Shown one piece after another: positions 1 to 8,437 of a stretch of DNA of 42,655 nt; position 1 is the stretch's first letter, and every line of letters starts with the position of its first letter. Position numbers and translations under genes: made by a program. The notes under the pieces are model-generated. The model did no database searches. It worked only from the letters and a program-made list of their open reading frames with translations, and had not been told where the DNA came from. The stretch lies in UHGV virus genome UHGV-0324172. One strand, given 5' to 3'. This DNA is from a virus.

Positions 1-16
1 TGTGTATACTTCCGTA
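1..16. repeat. Left terminal inverted-repeat arm TGTGTATACTTCCGTA, candidate att half-site (P' arm)
   Basis: It is the reverse complement, with one mismatch, of 42624..42639 (TACGGAAGTATAGACA). A serine recombinase gene ends 6 nt before the right arm. Confidence 0.5.
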
Positions 17-189
17 AAAATAACCACGCTCATAAAGAACGTGGTAGCAAAATTTATAAAGGAGTAAAAAAGATTAAATTGTATGTAATTTAATTGTAGC
101 ACAGACCGTGTAACCAATGTAGTGTTAAACTATGTTTTTTAATATCAATCTAACATCTACATATTATAGACATAATTATAATTTATAAG

Positions 190-212
190 AGGGTAGCCAT
201 AGCGACTACCCT
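190..212 (-). terminator. Hairpin (AGGGTAG...CTACCCT) downstream of the 246..1172 gene, possible weak terminator
   Basis: 7-bp stem 34 nt past the gene stop on the minus strand. The following sequence is AT-rich but not a clean U-run. Confidence 0.25.
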
Positions 213-245
213 TGTATAATGACGTGGTGATTTAATTATATCACA

Positions 246-1172
246 CTAAGATTTTTCGATGTAATCACTATAATACGCCCACCGATATTTTTCACCTGTA
301 TTAGGATTACGCCCTGCATATTTCCTTTTCCCTCTGCAAACCATGACAATGTTATTTTCTTGTTTTAAATCAACTTCATCTATAGCTTCTTTAATACTTC
401 CGAAAATTTTATTATCGTTTAATCTAACAACTTTTCTAGTATTGTTTTTAGCTCCACCCCTCGGATTATATTCACCTAATTTTTTAAGAATAGACACTAT
501 TTTCTTTCTATATAATCCTGTTTCCCTGCTAATTTCCAAAAAAGATATTCCTTTTTTGTGTTGATCAATTAAGTACTTAACATCAACATTTAATATACGC
601 GTCATTACGGCGTTTTTTAAACTGTTTTTGTCGTAAACATTTAATATATCACTTAATTTTGAGTTTTTTATTTCTTTTAAAATATAATCCATATCAGATT
701 TACTGCAGTTTATAGCTACATAGTCCATTTCATTCTTTAAGCAATATTCTTCTTTAATTTTGTCTGAAAACAACATTCTATCGTTATACCACTTAGAGTT
801 TTTTCTAACATCATAATGCTGTTCGCCATGCATTTCTATACATATATTTTCTTTTGGTAAATAAAAATCAAAAGGCAACACATCTTTATAAACGCAATTG
901 TCAAATCTCATTTGTGAAATATAAAAGATGTTGTTATCCTTTAATAATTGTTCCATTAACCTTTCTGAATAAGATCTGTTATCAGCACACACTTTACATT
1001 TAAAACCTCTTCTTTTGATTTCTCCAGGGCTTTTTACTAGTTGTGTTTTACAATTAGGGCATACCCACAATATTTTTTGGGTGCTAGAACTACCTAGTTT
1101 TTTAGCGTGTTCTTTATCTTTAACAAATCTTCTGAGATAATCATTTTCATAAACCGTTTCTTTTATTGGCAT
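246..1172 (-). CDS. Putative homing-type endonuclease: N-terminal Zn-ribbon (CPNC...CKVC), central PD-(D/E)XK-like block (DFYLP...ICIEMHGEQH), C-terminal NUMOD-like DNA-binding repeats (IFGSIKEAID...CRGKRKYAG)
   Basis: Motifs read from the translation. Own extended -10 and RBS (GAGGTGG) immediately downstream of the endolysin terminator. Located at the prophage end where accessory (moron) genes usually sit. Confidence 0.45.
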   Translation of the reverse strand: MPIKETVYENDYLRRFVKDKEHAKKLGSSSTQKILWVCPNCKTQLVKSPGEIKRRGFKCKVCADNRSYSERLMEQLLKDNNIFYISQMRFDNCVYKDVLPFDFYLPKENICIEMHGEQHYDVRKNSKWYNDRMLFSDKIKEEYCLKNEMDYVAINCSKSDMDYILKEIKNSKLSDILNVYDKNSLKNAVMTRILNVDVKYLIDQHKKGISFLEISRETGLYRKKIVSILKKLGEYNPRGGAKNNTRKVVRLNDNKIFGSIKEAIDEVDLKQENNIVMVCRGKRKYAGRNPNTGEKYRWAYYSDYIEKS

Positions 1173-1197
1173 AATTCCACCTCGTTAATTAATACAC

Positions 1198-1212
1198 CTT
1201 ATTATACCATTT
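1198..1212 (-). promoter_or_regulatory. Extended -10 promoter (TGGTATAAT on the minus strand) for the 246..1172 gene
   Basis: Minus-strand sequence TTTTTTTTACATAAAAATGGTATAAT lies about 25 nt upstream of the RBS/ATG. No good -35, so it would rely on the TGn extension. Confidence 0.35.
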
Positions 1213-1242
1213 TTTATGTAAAAAAAGCGGGTTTCCCCGCTT
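1212..1242 (-). terminator. Rho-independent terminator after the endolysin gene
   Basis: Minus-strand hairpin AAGCGGGG-AAA-CCCGCTT followed by a T-run of about 8, directly after the stop at 1250. Confidence 0.6.
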
Positions 1243-1249
1243 GATATAG

Positions 1250-2632
1250 TTATTTCCACTTTATCTTTCCATATAATTTCTTCTCTTTTTTTATCCGTTC
1301 TTGTTTGTCAGTAATTTCACCCAAAGCGCAATAAAAATAACCAGAACTAGGATTAGTCGGGTATTTAAATTTTCCCCACCATAATTTTTTCTTAGTGTCT
1401 TTGTATAATTGAACAATATCTACCCAATCGTCTTTTCCGTACAACCAAGAACCTTTTTCTACAATTTCGCCGTTGGGTTTTTTTCTAACTTTAATTGTTG
1501 TGTTCGGATAAAATCTACCTTTCCAATCCCATGTTTTTTTTACACTTTTAACTTTACCTGCACTTGTACCTCCAATTGGCTTGCCGTTAATAGCGCTTGC
1601 TATTGACTTTGTGAAAGGTTTTATATTTTCATTAATATACTTCATATCTTTATATGAAGTAATGAACCCCAATTCAACAAGTCTATAGTCTATACCAATA
1701 TCATTAGCAACATTACAGTTTAATAAGTCGTTACGTTGAGTTATCCCTCTTATAGTACCAACACTTTGTTTTAGTGCTGCTTGGATGTTTTTATCCGTTA
1801 TATTAGCAGGATAACCGGCTGGAATGATTGTATGTCCACCTGTAGCTTTAGGACCTGCACTATCTAAATGAAATTCAATAACAGTATCATATCCTTGAGA
1901 TTTTACCCAATATAAGCCATAATCTCTGTGATTACCGACTCTTACTCCATAGGCTGTATCCTGATACATATCTTGCTTTTTTCCATATATACCAACAGTA
2001 TGTCCTGCATCTTTCAAATATTTTGATACATTATCAACAATGTTTTTTCTTATAAAATCACGTTCGTTATAACCATTACCAATAGCACCAGGATCATTAT
2101 ACCCATGACCAGCAACGATCATCACTTTTCTTTTTTTAACTTTTTTTACAGGTTTAGGTTTAGTTGTTTTTGCTTTAATTTTACTTACTTTTGTTTCTTT
2201 AGAATACAGAGGTTCTACAAAATACATATCAGGGTGATATTCGTGGTATATTGTTTGAGCAACCTCTGGCGGATTATTTCTTGCCCCGCCATACCAATTT
2301 TGATCCAAACTATAGAAATAATTTTGAGTAGCACTTTCTATAATAGCAACATGACCACATCCGTTACCATATTCGTAAGGAAAAACAACTAAAGTACCTT
2401 TTTTAGGAATATAAGAGTTATAATTTTTTACAACATTCGCGTATCCGTTAAAATCATTAACAAAAGGTATATCTTTAGCGTACATACCACTTAAAGTATG
2501 ACCTGTTACGTAGTACCAATATTGATTGGCTAAATCAAAACATTGTGCGCCATAAACACCGTCGAAATCCCACCAATAACCTTTTAACCTGTCTAAATAA
2601 GCATGCGCTTGATTTCTAGTTTTATTTGTCAT
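1250..2632 (-). CDS. Endolysin: N-terminal CHAP peptidase, central N-acetylmuramoyl-L-alanine amidase, C-terminal SH3b cell-wall-binding domain
   Basis: CHAP Cys/His motifs (YGAQCFDLAN...GHVAII). Amidase block (MIVAGHGYNDPGA). C-terminal W/Y/K-rich SH3b-like region. Position right after the holin. Confidence 0.9.
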   Translation of the reverse strand: MTNKTRNQAHAYLDRLKGYWWDFDGVYGAQCFDLANQYWYYVTGHTLSGMYAKDIPFVNDFNGYANVVKNYNSYIPKKGTLVVFPYEYGNGCGHVAIIESATQNYFYSLDQNWYGGARNNPPEVAQTIYHEYHPDMYFVEPLYSKETKVSKIKAKTTKPKPVKKVKKRKVMIVAGHGYNDPGAIGNGYNERDFIRKNIVDNVSKYLKDAGHTVGIYGKKQDMYQDTAYGVRVGNHRDYGLYWVKSQGYDTVIEFHLDSAGPKATGGHTIIPAGYPANITDKNIQAALKQSVGTIRGITQRNDLLNCNVANDIGIDYRLVELGFITSYKDMKYINENIKPFTKSIASAINGKPIGGTSAGKVKSVKKTWDWKGRFYPNTTIKVRKKPNGEIVEKGSWLYGKDDWVDIVQLYKDTKKKLWWGKFKYPTNPSSGYFYCALGEITDKQERIKKEKKLYGKIKWK

Positions 2633-2904
2633 TAATCATTACCTCCAATTGGTGCTTTACCATTTGTGTTTTCTGTACCTGCTTTAACTTCATGCAATTT
2701 TTGTTGTCCTTTTTGTGCTGCGTGAGAGAAATTATTGTTTTTCCACCAAGTCCACAAAGAAATTGCACCAGTAATAATAGAACTGATAGTCACTTCGTCT
2801 ACCGGAATAGGTGAAATATGTTTCGTAGCTAAAAATTGGTTAACCCAAGCTAAAATAAATACGATTGTTCTTACAATTGAACCTACATCTGTTTTCATAC
2901 TCAT
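2632..2904 (-). CDS. Holin (two-TM small membrane protein)
   Basis: 90 aa with two hydrophobic helices and a charged C-terminus. Stop overlaps the endolysin start. Good RBS AAAAGGAG. Confidence 0.8.
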   Translation of the reverse strand: MSMKTDVGSIVRTIVFILAWVNQFLATKHISPIPVDEVTISSIITGAISLWTWWKNNNFSHAAQKGQQKLHEVKAGTENTNGKAPIGGND

Positions 2905-2918
2905 ATCTCCTTTTAGAT

Positions 2919-2950
2919 AAATTAAAAAGCCAACGCATTGCGTTGACTCG
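2919..2950 (-). terminator. Rho-independent terminator between the tail-region genes and the lysis cassette
   Basis: Minus-strand hairpin CAACGCA-ATG-CGTTG (plus 2931..2945) followed by GGCTTTTTAATTT. Confidence 0.5.
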
Positions 2951-2953
2951 ATT

Positions 2954-3481
2954 TTATTTATTCTCTTTTATTAACTTTTTATCTTCGATAGAATGATCAT
3001 TATAGATATATTTAACCTCTATAGATCCTTCAGAAGTTTCATCTAATATGCCTAAAACATCAGGATTAGTCGTGATATTATCTATCTCTTGTAATTTAAT
3101 AGGTTCGTCTAAACTATCGAATTTTACAATAGCGTTGACTTTGAACTGTTTAGGCAACTCTGTTTTAGTGCTGTAACAATAGTTTATAAAATCTTGTAAA
3201 TTAAAGAGCTTTTTGTTTTCTAGATTAGATACATAACCATTAAACATCCATTCTAAGTTACTTTTTAAGATTTCATCGACTTCATTGCCGTCAGTAAATA
3301 TAGCAACTTGTATAGGCTCAACTACACCCTCTGTATATTGTAATAACCAATAGTCAATTGTTTTCTTATTAGATAACCAATCCTCTTTCATTATCTTAAC
3401 TACTTCTTCGGCGATAGGTTTAGCCATTAGTTCAATCCATTGCCCTTTTTCTTTGTCGAAAATTTTAGGTATAGCTTTCAT
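2954..3481 (-). CDS. Hypothetical phage protein (tail/baseplate-associated region)
   Basis: 175-aa ORF with 1-nt stop/start overlap with the upstream gene. No recognisable motif. Confidence 0.4.
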   Translation of the reverse strand: MKAIPKIFDKEKGQWIELMAKPIAEEVVKIMKEDWLSNKKTIDYWLLQYTEGVVEPIQVAIFTDGNEVDEILKSNLEWMFNGYVSNLENKKLFNLQDFINYCYSTKTELPKQFKVNAIVKFDSLDEPIKLQEIDNITTNPDVLGILDETSEGSIEVKYIYNDHSIEDKKLIKENK

Positions 3482-3990
3482 TATTCATTACCTCCAGTAG
3501 TATCAATCCAAATTTTAGTTGTGTCATTAGGGGCGTTCTCTCCAATAACAAAATTTTCTTCGCTTTCAGTTTGATTCTTAATTAATCCGTTTTTTACACC
3601 GTATTCAATCATTTCTTGCCATAAATCATGATTTTGTGTATTGATCAATTGCCTACCAATCACACTCTCTGTTACTTGAATTTTCGCTTTATTGTCGGAC
3701 GGGAATACATACTTGTTATCCACCCATATTTCTAATGAATACGTGTTTGCAGGGATAATTTGATTGATTACAACATCACACACATAGGCATTGTCATATT
3801 GCCTAACTGTAGTGTCGTAGATATATTTGACACCTGTACTGTCAGTGAGAAAAACTTTTGCAGGCAATCCTTCTAATTTTAAGTCTTCGTTGTTATTGTC
3901 AGACAAGATGTATCGCATGTGCGATAAGTCACCTTGTTTAATGCGATTGCCGTCTTGTGAGTCATTTAAATTAAGTACATTTATTAACAT
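3481..3990 (-). CDS. Hypothetical phage structural/accessory protein
   Basis: 169-aa ORF between the tail hydrolase and the lysis genes. No recognisable motif. Confidence 0.4.
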   Translation of the reverse strand: MLINVLNLNDSQDGNRIKQGDLSHMRYILSDNNNEDLKLEGLPAKVFLTDSTGVKYIYDTTVRQYDNAYVCDVVINQIIPANTYSLEIWVDNKYVFPSDNKAKIQVTESVIGRQLINTQNHDLWQEMIEYGVKNGLIKNQTESEENFVIGENAPNDTTKIWIDTTGGNE

Positions 3991-4043
3991 TAGAAACCAC
4001 CCTTCAATTATTAAAGGCTACCCACCGTCAGTGAGTAGCCTTG

Positions 4044-5945
4044 TTATCTATATTTATCTCGAATGTAGTACATACCTTTTGTACCAACTGTTTTGTATAA
4101 TTTACTAATGGTTGATGCTTGGAAATTACACCATTCGATAGCAGTAGCATATTGCATACGACCTGGATTGCTAGGATTCCAACGCATTCTGTATAATGTG
4201 TTTTTACCTTTGTTAAAGTATTGTTTCCTAACGAACTTAGCGCCACCTATAATACCATTACGTGGACTCGTCCACCCTTGACGTCTAGCGTATCCTATAG
4301 AAGCGTTAGGGTTGTTGTCGTAAGCTGCAATACCAAAGTAGTTGTAGATACCATAACGTCCACTAGCAAAGTTACTACGGCCATATCCACTCTCTAAGAA
4401 AGCGTGAGCGATTAAGTAAATTTCATTTACATTGTACTTCTTACAACCGTCTGCAAAAGCTTTACCTTGTCCAGATAAAGTGCCTTTACCTTTAAGTATC
4501 TTATTCAACTTACTTACTGATATACCTTGATATTTTCCTAAATCTAGCATTTGATAGCGTTGAGTTGAACTATTCCATATAGTGTTAGGATTCATATACT
4601 TACTTGTTTGTGACCTAGAAGCATTACCCCAACCCCAACTATAAGATTTTTGAGGCATGCCATGAGCCATTTGTGCATTAAGCGCTTGTTGGAAAGTATA
4701 TTTACTTTTCTCTACAACTACACGAGGTTTATTTGAAGTTCTGTTTGTCGTTTTACCTGTCGACTTATCGTTCTGTGAAGGATTGTCGACCGAAGTTTTA
4801 GGTTTAATTTTTATCTTTGTCTTTGTAGTTGTTGTAGTAATTGTTTCTGTAAGTAATTTATCTCTTTTCAAATATAAACCGATAATTTTCTTCTCGACTT
4901 CTTTATATTTACTTTCATCAGGAATACCATTTTTGATTAAGTCGTAATTGATTAAATCTTTCATAGAACGCCATATGTTAGGATCTGCTTTGATTGACGA
5001 TTCAGAAAGTTTCACCTTACTCCAACTTAACAACCAAACGCCGTAGATTAACGCTCTGATTTGATTGAGCATGAATTGGCGTTTGCTATCCGTTTGTCCT
5101 CCGCAAACTTCCATAACAAGCCAACCTGGATGTTCTGGTGCTTCTTCTGAATCAGGTCTAGGTGTCCATACACGCTCACGGTCAATATATACATGAGGGT
5201 ATTCATCTTCATTCACATATTTATTACGTTGTAAATACAATTCTTCAACAGAACGCATATGTGTACTCTCTTTGATATATATACCTTTTACCTTCCCTAT
5301 CAACTTTTGCCCTTCAACCATGTAATGATAAATATATTCCAAATCATCGTCTAAATCGTATGCGAATGATGTATAGGAAACTTTGGTAATCTCTTTAGTT
5401 ATAGGTTTTGTTTGTTCTTTTGTGTTTTTAGGAGTGTTGTCATTAGAAGGTTTGGACGGTGTACTACTTGGTTTCGATGGTTTCTTAGTTTCTGCGTGGT
5501 AGGGAGGTCTGACGAACCCACTTATACCGTTATAACTATGTTTAATTTTCGCACCAGGTGAGCCTGTATAACTATTTGCACCAATCCAATTTTGATCCAC
5601 ACTAGTAAAGTAACTTTTGGTAGATGGACCTATGACAACAGCAGTATGCCCAACACCGTTATTAAAGGAGCCCTTTCCCCAAACTGCCATGTCACCAGGT
5701 TTCGGAACAAAGTTTCTAGTGTTCCTATAGAATTTGAAGCCTTTAGGATATCTATACCATGCCATAGCAATCGCATTTCCTGTTGTTTTAAAATGCCAAT
5801 ATCTATTGAAAATGTAGTTTGGTAAATCCCAACACTGGGCGCCATAATAACCGTCTACATCAACTCTTCTGCCAATCATCCTTTTTGCCCATGCTGCAAC
5901 TTCCGAAGCAGTAGGTTTTCTTCTTTTAGGACTAGGTAATCCCAT
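4044..5945 (-). CDS. Virion (tail)-associated peptidoglycan hydrolase: N-terminal CHAP domain plus C-terminal glucosaminidase-like domain
   Basis: CHAP motif (YYGAQCWDLPN...GHTAVVIG). Long K/T/P-rich linker. C-terminal block resembling mannosyl-glycoprotein endo-beta-N-acetylglucosaminidase (YLIAHAFLESGYG...). Size about 633 aa, as in phi11-type tail hydrolases. Confidence 0.8.
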   Translation of the reverse strand: MGLPSPKRRKPTASEVAAWAKRMIGRRVDVDGYYGAQCWDLPNYIFNRYWHFKTTGNAIAMAWYRYPKGFKFYRNTRNFVPKPGDMAVWGKGSFNNGVGHTAVVIGPSTKSYFTSVDQNWIGANSYTGSPGAKIKHSYNGISGFVRPPYHAETKKPSKPSSTPSKPSNDNTPKNTKEQTKPITKEITKVSYTSFAYDLDDDLEYIYHYMVEGQKLIGKVKGIYIKESTHMRSVEELYLQRNKYVNEDEYPHVYIDRERVWTPRPDSEEAPEHPGWLVMEVCGGQTDSKRQFMLNQIRALIYGVWLLSWSKVKLSESSIKADPNIWRSMKDLINYDLIKNGIPDESKYKEVEKKIIGLYLKRDKLLTETITTTTTKTKIKIKPKTSVDNPSQNDKSTGKTTNRTSNKPRVVVEKSKYTFQQALNAQMAHGMPQKSYSWGWGNASRSQTSKYMNPNTIWNSSTQRYQMLDLGKYQGISVSKLNKILKGKGTLSGQGKAFADGCKKYNVNEIYLIAHAFLESGYGRSNFASGRYGIYNYFGIAAYDNNPNASIGYARRQGWTSPRNGIIGGAKFVRKQYFNKGKNTLYRMRWNPSNPGRMQYATAIEWCNFQASTISKLYKTVGTKGMYYIRDKYR

Positions 5946-5971
5946 ATATCCACCTCATTTCCGGCATAATA

Positions 5972-5996
5972 AAAAGCCGACTAAAAAGCCGGCTTT
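5972..5996 (-). terminator. Hairpin (AGCCG...CGGCT / palindrome AAAGCCGGCTTT) upstream of the hydrolase gene, possible attenuator or terminator
   Basis: GC-rich inverted repeat followed by TTTTATTAT on the minus strand, in the 138-bp gap between genes. Confidence 0.3.
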
Positions 5997-6083
5997 GTTT
6001 CTCAATTATTTACATTTACCAAACCAGAAACATTCCCAAAAACTTGCACCTAAAAATAATCCGAACATGGTAACTCACCTCCT

Positions 6084-6416
6084 TTAAACACCGAAAAACA
6101 TTCTTAATACTGCTACGATTAAAGAACCAGCTATAGTGCCAACCAATCCTAAAACCCACATTTTAATGTCTTTGATGTTTTTTTGATTTTCTTTTTTGTT
6201 TTGAGATTCTAATTCTCTCTCTCTGTTGATAGAGTCCAAAGTGAAATTCATTTTTTGATTAATCAAATTTTGATTGTGTTGTCCGTCTTTTATCTGTTCC
6301 AAAGAGTTGAAGATTTTTTCGTCGTTATCTTCCAATCTTTTTATACGTCTTTCGTAATCCCCTCTTTGGCTACTTTCTGTCATATAAACACCTACTTCAC
6401 TTAAAATAAAAACCAC
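6084..6416 (-). CDS. Hypothetical coiled-coil protein with C-terminal transmembrane helix. True start probably at the internal Met (6383)
   Basis: C-terminal hydrophobic segment WVLGLVGTIAGSLIVAVL. The first 11 codons overlap an upstream terminator hairpin, whereas the Met at 6383 has an RBS-like GTAGGTG. Confidence 0.4.
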   Translation of the reverse strand: MVFILSEVGVYMTESSQRGDYERRIKRLEDNDEKIFNSLEQIKDGQHNQNLINQKMNFTLDSINRERELESQNKKENQKNIKDIKMWVLGLVGTIAGSLIVAVLRMFFGV

Positions 6417-6436
6417 AAGCTATTTAACTTGTGGTT
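6400..6436 (-). terminator. Rho-independent terminator after the XkdX-like gene
   Basis: Minus-strand 9-bp stem AACCACAAG-TTAAATAG-CTTGTGGTT followed by TTTTATTTT. Confidence 0.55.
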
Positions 6437-6560
6437 CGTAATCTTTACCTGTAGTTTCTTTAAATTGTTCCGGAGTAATCCAACCAACTCTAACAAACTT
6501 TTTGAAAGTTTCGTCAGTGTATAATTTTTTCTTATATAAATCGATTACTACTTTATCCAT
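6420..6560 (-). CDS. XkdX-like small phage protein (46 aa), not in the supplied ORF track
   Basis: Manual translation: MDKVVIDLYKKKLYTDETFKKFVRVGWITPEQFKETTGKDYEPQVK. The G-ITxEQ...ITG pattern is typical of the XkdX family. Sits directly after the tail-fibre genes. Confidence 0.45.
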   Translation of the reverse strand: MDKVVIDLYKKKLYTDETFKKFVRVGWITPEQFKETTGKDYEPQVK

Positions 6561-6561
6561 A

Positions 6562-6921
6562 TTACGCTTCCCCCAATTTTTGATTTGCTTGTTCTTCAGT
6601 TATTAGTGCGATGTTCTGCTTCAAACTCATAACTTCTTCTTGTAAATCGACAACTAAGCTAGTTAATTTAGCTATAGCAATATCTTTGTCATCAACAGGA
6701 ATTTCTACTTCAGGCAACATCTTTTCTAGCTCATCTTGGGTTTGTCCAACCCATTGTTTACCGTCATAATAGCAAGGTAAGATAATACCTTGAGGAGGTT
6801 GGTTCTCTGTCCATTTTTCATCAGGATAAACATATTCATCTTCTTCGTTTTTGTGAACAATAATTGCTTGTCCATTTTTCCATAAATAAACTACTTTCAT
6901 TTCATCACTCCGTCCATTCAT
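6562..6921 (-). CDS. Hypothetical phage protein downstream of the receptor-binding protein
   Basis: 119-aa ORF whose start overlaps the stop of the upstream gene. Confidence 0.4.
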   Translation of the reverse strand: MNGRSDEMKVVYLWKNGQAIIVHKNEEDEYVYPDEKWTENQPPQGIILPCYYDGKQWVGQTQDELEKMLPEVEIPVDDKDIAIAKLTSLVVDLQEEVMSLKQNIALITEEQANQKLGEA

Positions 6922-8437
6922 ATTGACCGTAAATATAATCTGTATCAGTCCACGCTGATGGATCTACAGTAGCGTCAAAATTCACTGTTCCTGATGTGTT
7001 CAACGAAATACGTCCGCTGTTTTTGTTTCTAGGTGCACTTATTGAGAAAAACATTAAGTTTTTGACGAATTCTTTAGGTAAAAGTGCAATAGTCTGTCCA
7101 TGTTTGATAGTTGTAGCATTAATGCGTAACATTTTCTTAGTAACTCCATTCTGTGTGATTGTTCTGTACGCACTAGTAAATCCACCTTTGGAAACTAAGT
7201 CGTTATGAGGCGACGCACTGTTCACTAGTTGTAAATCAATCCAACCAGTATCTACAACATCTGAACCAACACGTTCCCATTTGCTCCAACTCTTATAAAA
7301 TCTTTTTTGGTAGATTACAGTTGAATTGTAAGGTTGGTATTGTATTAGAACAGCATCTCCATTTCTTTTGTACTTTGTTAACCACCCATTATTATTTGTT
7401 CCAGCTGGATTGTTCAAAGTAAGAACAACATATCTAGTTCCTATCGGTAAAGACATTAATTGTTCGTTATTGTCGAAATCTATTTGTAGGTTGGCATCAT
7501 AAAAATTAGTACCATCATCATTTGTTAATTTAAATTTTTGCCAATCCTTTTCTGTAAACTTACTTTCTACATATTCAGGAGTAGTAAAGCCATCTCTTTC
7601 AAGGGTTTCATTAAATATTTGTAGCTTTTCATCAATTGTTGTGTTAGCTTGATTAACATTTGAATTAAAAGCGTCCACATTGCTATCATAAGTTTTTTGG
7701 AATGTATCTGAAGCTAAATCATAATCCGTTTTGATAGCGTCACGTTTAGCATCAATTTGTCTTAAAGCTTCTTCTCTCTCTAGGTCAATGCTTTGGTTAG
7801 ACGATATTAACGCGTCTGTAATTGAAACAATAGCGTCTGCTTGAGCCTTGTTTATTTTAATGAGGTATTCTTCAGCTGTTTGCTTAATAGATTCAATCAA
7901 CGTTTGTGTATCGCCTATATCTTGCTTAAGTTGTTGCACTTTCTTTTCTAATTCCGAACGCAATTCATCAAACATTCGAATATAAGATACTTTGATATCA
8001 CTTTCGATTTGATTGATAAGACTGTCGCGTACCGTGAATTTAAAAGTGCCTAACACAACAGTGTCGTCTTTTCCTACGTTGTTTACATCGTTGAGTGATA
8101 AGTAAATTTCACCCAACACTTCAGAATCGACAACGTTTTTCAGAAACCATTGAGGTACCGTAACACCTATTAATCCTTTCATTGGATCAATGAATTCTAC
8201 GTCTAATACACCTGATGTACTAGGTCGTTTTTCTTCTGTTCCGTTCGCAGCTTTAAAGAAAGCATAACCTTTAACATTCTTATCGCTGATTAACAAAGGT
8301 TTGTTGTCTTTTTGTACTACAAATTGAAATTTAGCAGTGTTTTTATCGAGATTATAAAAACCGATACCTCTATTAGATATCGGTTGTAAATATGGTTCTT
8401 CGTTTAAATCAAGTTTACCTACTTTTTCTAATTCCAT
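6905..8437 (-). CDS. Baseplate upper protein (BppU-like N-terminus) / receptor-binding tail-fibre protein
   Basis: N-terminal region resembles BppU_N. Central coiled-coil (heptad-rich QQLKQDIGDTQTLIESIKQ...). C-terminal globular domain. Position after the beta-helix protein. Confidence 0.55.
   Translation of the reverse strand: MELEKVGKLDLNEEPYLQPISNRGIGFYNLDKNTAKFQFVVQKDNKPLLISDKNVKGYAFFKAANGTEEKRPSTSGVLDVEFIDPMKGLIGVTVPQWFLKNVVDSEVLGEIYLSLNDVNNVGKDDTVVLGTFKFTVRDSLINQIESDIKVSYIRMFDELRSELEKKVQQLKQDIGDTQTLIESIKQTAEEYLIKINKAQADAIVSITDALISSNQSIDLEREEALRQIDAKRDAIKTDYDLASDTFQKTYDSNVDAFNSNVNQANTTIDEKLQIFNETLERDGFTTPEYVESKFTEKDWQKFKLTNDDGTNFYDANLQIDFDNNEQLMSLPIGTRYVVLTLNNPAGTNNNGWLTKYKRNGDAVLIQYQPYNSTVIYQKRFYKSWSKWERVGSDVVDTGWIDLQLVNSASPHNDLVSKGGFTSAYRTITQNGVTKKMLRINATTIKHGQTIALLPKEFVKNLMFFSISAPRNKNSGRISLNTSGTVNFDATVDPSAWTDTDYIYGQYEWTE

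Noticed and set aside
343-564. Plus-strand ORFs lying antisense inside minus-strand genes (for example 343..564, 1409..1606, 2105..2392, 8669..8989, 9197..9766, 11956..12357, 13195..13920, 14018..16516, 20446..20796, 21354..21770, 22053..22430, 32802..33182)
   Set aside because: All are embedded in long, well-supported minus-strand phage genes. They have low-complexity, Phe/Leu/Ser-rich AT-driven composition and no RBS. These are shadow ORFs.
4028-4281. ORFs 4028..4246 (-) and 4093..4281 (+) overlapping the 3' end of the hydrolase gene
   Set aside because: They are embedded in the CHAP-glucosaminidase gene, have no RBS and no motifs. Shadow ORFs.
5985-5996. Perfect 12-bp palindrome AAAGCCGGCTTT considered as a restriction/recombination site or operator
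   Set aside because: More parsimoniously part of a GC-clamp hairpin (AGCCG...CGGCT) followed by a U-run, i.e. a terminator or attenuator. A single occurrence.
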